From the NCBI GenBank assembly GCA_043810925.1, contig JBDRNT010000106.1:28942-92941 (forward strand): 64,000 nucleotides of DNA, written 5' to 3'. Below the pieces are notes generated by a model. It made no database searches, was not told where the DNA came from, and saw only the letters and a program-made list of their open reading frames with translations. Source of the stretch: Candidatus Eiseniibacteriota bacterium (GTDB taxonomy: Bacteria > Arandabacterota > Arandabacteria > Arandabacterales > Arandabacteraceae). A program made the position numbers and the translations under genes. Positions 58,302 through 64,000 of the stretch are shown here, piece after piece; positions within the stretch are counted from its first letter, which is position 1, and each line of letters begins with the position of its first letter.

Positions 58302-59834
58302 ATGGCGGTAAGTGACAGGAGCCAAGCGACCCAACGTCTGGCGGGATACACGGCGCTCATTGAGCGCTACGATCTTGAAGTCATCCCGAACTGGCACAAG
58401 TCTCTCGTGACGACAAGTGGTGTACACCGGAAAGAGTCAAGCGACGGCATGGTCGAGGAGGTGTATCCGTCCAAGTACTGGCCAGGGGATGGGCTCGGCG
58501 ACCACCTTGAGTTTGCGCTTAAGTACGACGGGACCAACCTGGCTATCTTGGCTAGGCTATTTCAGAGAGGTGTGGAGGAAGAACTTGTTGAATATGTCCG
58601 GTCCAAACCCACCGGCAAATATGCGCGGCGCCTGTGGTTTCTATACGAGTTTCTGACAGGCAACAGGCTTTCGCTTGATGACCTAGAGCAGGGCAACTAC
58701 GTGGATCTCCTTGAATCGGATGACTATTACACGCTCACCGCTCCCCGCCCGGTTCGACGTCAGCGGATCAACGATAACATGCTGGGTGACAGACGATTCT
58801 GCCCGGTTGTTCGCCGTAATGATAGACTTCGCGGTTTCGAGGCGGCAGACTTGCCCGGGCGATGCAGGCGAGCAGTGTCCAGCTACTCTCCGGAGCTGCT
58901 GAAGCGAGCGCTCGCGTACCTTTACACCAAGGAGACCAAATCCTCCTTTGAGATCGAACACATCAAGCCCTCCACGACGCGGACCGAGCGCTTCGTGGCA
59001 TTGCTTCAGATCGCAGAGCAAAAGGATTTCTGCCGGAAGACAGAACTGATCGAGATTCAAAACCGGATTGTCGATGATCGCTTTCGGGATTCGGATTATC
59101 GGTCGGGCCAGAATTATGTCGGCGAGACTGCTGCCTGGGAGAGGGAGAAAATACACTTCGCATGCCCCAAGCCTGAAGACCTGCCCGATCTGATGGAAGG
59201 CCTGATAGCTGTCCACGATCGTATGAACGAGGGACTTGAGTCCGTTGTGATTCAGGCGGCGATCATTGCTTATGGATTCGTCTTTCTGCACCCGTTCGAG
59301 GACGGCAACGGCCGAATCCATCGTTTCCTGATCCACAACATACTTGCACGACGAGGTTTCGCTCCTGAGGGCGTCATGTTTCCCGTCTCAGCTTCCATGC
59401 TGAGGAACCCCTCCGACTATGATGCATCTTTGGAAGCATTCTCACGGTCGCTCATGCCCCTGGTGGAATACTCGCTTGACGAGGACGGCCGCATGACAGT
59501 TCACAATGACACTGCCATATGGTACCGCTATATCGACATCACACCGCAGGCGGAGGCGCTCTTCGGCTTCATAGAACAGACCATTGATACGGATCTACCT
59601 AACGAACTGGGATTCCTGGTCAACTATGACAGGACCAAGAGGGCCATCCAGGAGATCGTGGACATGCCCGACAGGCAACTCGATCTCTTCATCCGGCTCT
59701 GCCTGCAGAACAACGGACGACTCTCCGAACGAAAACGCGCAAGCCACTTCGGATCTCTAACGGACCAAGAAATCGCCCGCATGGAACAGGCTGTCCAAGA
59801 CTCGTACGGCGCTGGCAGGTCTGATGCTCAATGA
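58302..59834 (+). CDS. Fic domain protein
   Basis: Canonical HPFEDGNGRIHR; SSFEIE inhibitory-helix-like motif; GGAGG RBS. Confidence 0.92.
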   Translation: MAVSDRSQATQRLAGYTALIERYDLEVIPNWHKSLVTTSGVHRKESSDGMVEEVYPSKYWPGDGLGDHLEFALKYDGTNLAILARLFQRGVEEELVEYVRSKPTGKYARRLWFLYEFLTGNRLSLDDLEQGNYVDLLESDDYYTLTAPRPVRRQRINDNMLGDRRFCPVVRRNDRLRGFEAADLPGRCRRAVSSYSPELLKRALAYLYTKETKSSFEIEHIKPSTTRTERFVALLQIAEQKDFCRKTELIEIQNRIVDDRFRDSDYRSGQNYVGETAAWEREKIHFACPKPEDLPDLMEGLIAVHDRMNEGLESVVIQAAIIAYGFVFLHPFEDGNGRIHRFLIHNILARRGFAPEGVMFPVSASMLRNPSDYDASLEAFSRSLMPLVEYSLDEDGRMTVHNDTAIWYRYIDITPQAEALFGFIEQTIDTDLPNELGFLVNYDRTKRAIQEIVDMPDRQLDLFIRLCLQNNGRLSERKRASHFGSLTDQEIARMEQAVQDSYGAGRSDAQ

Positions 59835-59842
59835 TGTGCAAC

Positions 59843-59877
59843 CTTGAAATCTCGGTGCTTAGCACCGAATCTTCAAG
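59843..59877. terminator. hairpin downstream of the Fic gene
   Basis: CTTGAA-ATC-TCGGTGCT / AGCACCGA-ATC-TTCAAG; lacks a U tail. Confidence 0.4.
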
Positions 59878-60029
59878 ATGGGTATCTGCCCCGGGTTACC
59901 TCCGAAGCTTCAACTGGCAGACGGATGTCCTGGTGGCAACTGCATCTGCGTCATCGGTTGACCCGTTTCAATCCGTACTCCGGCTGAACCGACTGAGATC
60001 CGGGTTTGGTTCACGGCCCGGTGGGACAC

Positions 60030-60109
60030 CTGGATCCCGATGAACGACCTTTGGGTTATGAGTGTGTAGAGGGGTAAAAACAAGAGAGAACACCAGGGAA
60101 CAAGAAGGA
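60030..60109 (-). other. tRNA-Met(CAT) 3' fragment plus conserved flank (att site C)
   Basis: Minus strand CTCATAACCCAAAGGTCGTT; the 47-nt flank is 44/47 identical to site D and is cut by the IS3. Confidence 0.75.
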
Positions 60110-60114
60110 TGGAC

Positions 60115-61035
60115 TTACCCCAGTTTCGTAGACACCACCAGGTCCTGGCTTGAGGCCCGTTCAAAGGCCTCTGGACTGACGCCGCCGATGTGGCTATGAC
60201 GACGTCTCGGATTATAGAACATCTCGATGTAATCGAACAAGTCAGCTTTGGCTTCCTCCTTCGTCGGGTAGATCCTCCGCCGTACTCGCTCCTTCTTCAG
60301 CGAACTGAAGAAGGACTCCGCCACTGCATTGTCCCAGCAGTTACCCCGACGACTCATGCTGGGCCTAAGCCCATGCGCCTTGCAGAACCGGTGCCAGTCA
60401 TCGCTCCCGTACTGGGAGCCCTGATCCGAATGAATAAGGAGGCCCCGTCCGGGCTTGCGCCTCCAAACCGCCATGAGGATTGCGTCCAGCACCAGAGATC
60501 GGGCCAGGGTCGACTGTATAGACCAGCCTACTATCTTGCGGGAAAAGAGATCCATCACCGCTGCCAGGTAGAGCCAGCCCTGCCAGGTCCGAATGTAGGT
60601 GATGTCGGTCACCCAGGCTCGGTCAGGCTCAGGCACCGTGAACTCCCGCTTCAGACGGTCCGGAGCGACCACTGATGGCTTGCCGGCTATGTACCGGGGA
60701 CGCCGGTAACTCCGAACAGCCTTGATCCGGCGCTGCCTCATCAGACGGGCCACCCGATTGAGACCGCAATTCTCGCCTTCCTCCCGAAGGTCAAGAAACA
60801 CACGAGGGCTGCCGTAGGCACAGCCGCTGGCCTCGTACGATGTCCTGATAAGAGCCAACAGTCGGCGGTCTTCAACCGCCCGATCGCTTAGTGGCTGCCT
60901 CAGCCAGGCGTAGTAGCCACTCCGGTGAACCCTCAATACCCGGCACATCACCACTACTCGATGCTCGTGGCGGTGACGCCGGATGAATGCGTACTTTACT
61001 CGGGCTCCTTGGCAAAGTACGCGGCGGCTTTTTTT
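60115..61035 (-). CDS. IS3 transposase OrfB (DDE), expressed by -1 frameshift
   Basis: WVTDITY, HSDQGSQY, DNAVAESFF; the frame is open back to the A7G slippery run at 61028-61035; the stop lies inside the IR. Confidence 0.92.
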   Translation of the reverse strand, partial: KKSRRVLCQGARVKYAFIRRHRHEHRVVVMCRVLRVHRSGYYAWLRQPLSDRAVEDRRLLALIRTSYEASGCAYGSPRVFLDLREEGENCGLNRVARLMRQRRIKAVRSYRRPRYIAGKPSVVAPDRLKREFTVPEPDRAWVTDITYIRTWQGWLYLAAVMDLFSRKIVGWSIQSTLARSLVLDAILMAVWRRKPGRGLLIHSDQGSQYGSDDWHRFCKAHGLRPSMSRRGNCWDNAVAESFFSSLKKERVRRRIYPTKEEAKADLFDYIEMFYNPRRRHSHIGGVSPEAFERASSQDLVVSTKLG

Positions 61036-61274
61036 AGGATGTCCCGCTCTTCCTGAGTCCGGCGTAACTCAGCCCTGAGCGCCCGCATCTCACGATCGGC
61101 GGCCGCCAACTTGTCCGACTCCTCTGTCTGAGGACGCGCGGCTTGTATCCACTTGTAAAGACTATGAGTGGATACCCCCAGACGCTCCGCGACCTCCTTC
61201 ACTGAGTAGCCCCGCTGGGTTACTTGACGTACCGCTTCTTCCTTAAACTCCGGCGTGTATCGCTTCTGGTTCAT
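60996..61274 (-). CDS. IS3 transposase OrfA
   Basis: KRYTPEFKEEAVR HTH, ERDILKKAAAYFAK. Confidence 0.95.
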   Translation of the reverse strand: MNQKRYTPEFKEEAVRQVTQRGYSVKEVAERLGVSTHSLYKWIQAARPQTEESDKLAAADREMRALRAELRRTQEERDILKKAAAYFAKEPE

Positions 61275-61336
61275 CGACTTCCTCCTTAGGCCTCAATTAT
61301 AACCTAAGAAGTGTCTATTGAACCGGGGGAAGTCCA

Positions 61337-61678
61337 GACAAGTACTTGAAGAGCATGGTAGTCGCCGGCAACAATAAACGGCAGCGGCCGGCGTTTGAAG
61401 AACACTGGAAACACACATGTGTACTTTCGCGTACTTGTGGGCTGAAAAGCGAAGAACCGATCCACTGCCTCTCGGAGATAGCCGTCAGCCTTCAACTTTT
61501 TCGCTACCTCGCGAGTCTCCGAGCCAATCTCCCGTGTGTCATGCGCAATTCCCTCCATCTTGGTGAGCTGCTCCGTCTCCTTAACATAAATGCGCGACGC
61601 GTAGATGATGGCAATGACCGTCAGGACAATGCCTCCTATTGCTAGCCCTAGTTCCATCATGTCTTCCCTCCTTGCCAC
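61337..61678 (-). pseudogene. membrane-anchored hypothetical gene truncated by IS3
   Basis: ORF with N-terminal TM and coiled coil runs into the IS end at 61336. Confidence 0.65.
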
Positions 61679-61820
61679 TCATTCCTATCTTCGTTTGTCG
61701 TGGGCACTGTGCCGGACAGTGCCACAGCGTCTGCCCAGACAACTGTCAACTCTCTCTGCCTAAGCAATACGAAACGGAGCCCGGAGTATTACCTTGCTGC
61801 TCTGAGCCAGGTGGTCAGAC

Positions 61821-61885
61821 TGACCTTCGGTTTATGAGTGTGTAGAGGGGTAAGAACAAGAGAGAGCACCAGGGAGCAAGAAGGA
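61821..61885 (-). other. tRNA-Met(CAT) 3' fragment plus conserved flank (att site D)
   Basis: Minus strand CTCATAAACCGAAGGTCA preceded by the same flank as sites A and C. Confidence 0.7.
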
Positions 61886-62432
61886 CGTAACTGCAAAAGC
61901 CTTAAGCGGTTATGTCAATCTCGTTTCTACGGTGTTCTCTCTTGTTTCACCCTGGTTTGGGTTGTCTTGATAGCAAAATGTTAGCAAACCCCATGGAAAA
62001 AGGGAGTCCACATTCAGAGGTGACAGCGCCAGTCCCTGCTGCCGTGGCCGCGGCTGGGGTCCGCACGGCGATCTAAGAATTGAATCCTTAGAGAGGCCTG
62101 GCATCTGCTGAGACGTCGGCCTTGTTGTATGAAGGCCGAAAGCTGTGGGGCGACTCTCCGGGGATCTCCTGGCTGTCTCCGTTTGGGGTCAGGCAATCCT
62201 TCAAAGTGCAGCTTATGTTGGAGAACCTCATTGTCCGGATTTTGCTGACGGCGAACACTCAGCGATTCCGATGTCCATCTACTCAAGCAGCCGGTGAAGA
62301 ACAGAACCATGTTACCCCGTAATCCATGGAGGCGCAACCCCTGGTTCAAATGCTTCAAGGGATACCGAGATCACTTCAGGGGCGGAAGCGGCGTTGCATC
62401 ACATTTCCGGTTTGCCGAGTTTTGGCAACCGA

Positions 62433-62471
62433 TGCCACAGATTGTCACATCTATTGTCATAGTATGTCACA
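62433..62471. repeat. TGTCACA-type direct-repeat cluster (arm-site-like)
   Basis: TGCCACA 62433, TGTCACA 62443, TGTCATA 62455, TGTCACA 62465. Confidence 0.65.
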
Positions 62472-62509
62472 GTAATTCATCCAGAAAGTGCACCCGCCGG
62501 TTGTTCCCC

Positions 62510-63886
62510 TCATCTGCGCTTCGATTCTCTTGGCCAACGTGCTTTTGCGCGTTCCAGAAAGGGTGGCTCGACATGCTTGGGTACGTCGGCGACGATATCC
62601 TCGAACCCCGCCATAAATCCCTTCTTGCGAAAGTGCTTATTGCGCACATCGGCAACCACCGCCTGCCAGTCGGCATTAAGGCCGGCTTTGGCGTAGCATT
62701 TCTTGGCATGCTCGATATGGTCGAGCGCTGCGTCGTAGTATTTGCTCTTACCGGCAGTGACGATCCGCATGCAGAGCGCACGGTACACTCTGGCTGAAAT
62801 ATCAGGATGAAAGCGCTCCAGCTTGTGCGCCAATGGTTCGGTCCGGTAGTGGCTGAGATCCTCCAATTCCTTATCCGTAACCCGGCGCAGGCGCGATACA
62901 AGACGGTCGTACTCCTTATTCTCGAGCCAGAGTTCAATCTGAGAGGAAAAATCACCCTTCTCTGATGCCGCCATGGCCTTTTGGCGCCAGGCCATTTTCT
63001 CTTTGACCGGCACATAGCGCATCAATTCCTTGTATGTGAACGTGGAGGGGTGTGACTCAAACTCGGACCAGGCTGATTGAAGTGCATCTTTCGGCCGACC
63101 GATCTCGGCCAACAGTACCCGCTTCAACTCGCCCAATTCATATTCTTCATAGGATTCTCGGCTGTCCGTCCGTGCGATCCTCAAGCCTCGCTCGACCCAG
63201 GAAAGCGCGTCTTCAGGGCGTCTCCGGCTCCTGTATATTTTGGCGATGGCCATGCAGTCCTTGGTTTCGAGCTCGGTCTGCTCGCAAAGCGCGATGTAGG
63301 CGTCAACGTTGCGCTGGGCTGCGAGCAGGGTCTTCAGTGCTCCGCCCCACCTCTGGCGTGCGTATCCGGGAAGGCGCTTCTCCTTGTCACCCTGGGTCAG
63401 AGAGGAGTCGAACTTGGAGCGAATTTGCCGAATGAATGCGTCCAGCCCCTTGTTGTCGAGCACTTTGACGACCTCACGGTCAAGGTCATGACAAAATCCG
63501 TAGGGATCATCCTCCATCCAAGAAATCAGGGATCTCGCGGTCTCATCCGGATCATCATTCGCGGCCTGGCGGGCTTTGATCCAACCACAAAACAGATCCT
63601 CAACCAGCATACCGAAATTGCCGCTCGAGTCGCGGATCTCATCGGCTTTTTCGTGGCAAGCGGCGATGAAGGTCTCGTACAGACGCGCTGCTCGTTCCGG
63701 CTCTTTCTTGACGATTTTCCCAATGTCACTGGCAACATCCTGAACATCATCCACAAACGACCAGGCGGCATTACAGGAGATGAAGCTCCCGGGAGACAGT
63801 ACCGCTTCGATGGTCTTCTCGAGCGGATCGATGTGTTTTCGCTTTCCGGGGCTCACGGTACTCCTTTGATTCTTATTCGTTTTCAC
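62510..63886 (-). CDS. alpha-helical/TPR-like hypothetical protein (DUF6880-like)
   Basis: 458-aa ORF with GGAGG RBS; EKADEIRDSSGNFG, ALSWVERGL, KSKYYDAAL, H.RK.GF. Confidence 0.8.
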   Translation of the reverse strand: MKTNKNQRSTVSPGKRKHIDPLEKTIEAVLSPGSFISCNAAWSFVDDVQDVASDIGKIVKKEPERAARLYETFIAACHEKADEIRDSSGNFGMLVEDLFCGWIKARQAANDDPDETARSLISWMEDDPYGFCHDLDREVVKVLDNKGLDAFIRQIRSKFDSSLTQGDKEKRLPGYARQRWGGALKTLLAAQRNVDAYIALCEQTELETKDCMAIAKIYRSRRRPEDALSWVERGLRIARTDSRESYEEYELGELKRVLLAEIGRPKDALQSAWSEFESHPSTFTYKELMRYVPVKEKMAWRQKAMAASEKGDFSSQIELWLENKEYDRLVSRLRRVTDKELEDLSHYRTEPLAHKLERFHPDISARVYRALCMRIVTAGKSKYYDAALDHIEHAKKCYAKAGLNADWQAVVADVRNKHFRKKGFMAGFEDIVADVPKHVEPPFLERAKARWPRESKRR

Positions 63887-64000
63887 GATCCTCCCAGGCT
63901 GTTCTTGCTTTCACCTCATCAATGAGAAACCTTACTCCCTGGTTGTCCGACGGATTTAGCCAGAGCATCCGATGGAAAATGTGCTCCGCCTCGTCAAAGC

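Larger units (their letters stand above)
60110..61336 (-). mobile_element. IS3-family insertion sequence
   Basis: Terminal IRs TGGACTTACCCCAGTTTCGTAGACAC and TGGACTTCCCCCGGTTCAATAGACAC; orfA and orfB; no flanking direct repeat. Confidence 0.95.

Noticed and set aside
51885-61838. Functional tRNA-Met genes
   Set aside because: Only anticodon-to-3' portions are present. The 5' halves are replaced by non-tRNA sequence and the T-arms are degenerate.
62320-62360. GGTTCAAAT T-loop-like motif on the plus strand
   Set aside because: No surrounding T-stem or acceptor pairing; may be chance.
61910-62400. Short ORFs as an integrase remnant
   Set aside because: No R...HxxR...Y tyrosine-recombinase motif in the listed frames.
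50720-64000. Classical integron with attC sites
   Set aside because: No intI, no recognisable RYYYAAC...GTTRRRY attC hairpins, and the genes lie in both orientations with their own operators.

Overview
Bacterial genomic window, probably from an anaerobic, diderm, FCB-related candidate lineage. This is inferred from four secreted proteins ending in FlgD-Ig/T9SS-like C-terminal domains. The left ~50 kb is mostly core or metabolic. It holds scattered genes of an anaerobic benzoyl-CoA-type pathway (oah/bamA ring hydrolase, a BzdV/GltD-like flavoprotein, a 2-hydroxyacyl-CoA dehydratase/BCR-family subunit with activator, an ADP-forming acyl-CoA ligase, and SDR-thiolase-DUF35). It also holds a doubled 2-oxoacid:ferredoxin oxidoreductase operon, a NikR-regulated ECF nickel uptake locus, hflKC, a TPR/site-2-protease fusion, large modular secreted proteins and several REP/MITE-like intergenic repeats. 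The right ~13 kb (50.7-64 kb) is an accessory region of toxin-antitoxin and defence-type genes (MNT-HEPN, AbiEi-AbiEii, Xre-RES, Fic, unknown helical proteins) plus an IS3. The most notable observation is that this region is punctuated by at least four same-orientation degenerate copies of the 3' half of a tRNA-Met(CAT). Three of them are fused to the same non-tRNA flank, and arm-site-like repeats lie nearby, yet no integrase is visible. This suggests a tandem, integron-like array of small cassettes captured at a tRNA-fMet attachment site. All family assignments come from motif recognition by eye; no database searches were run.
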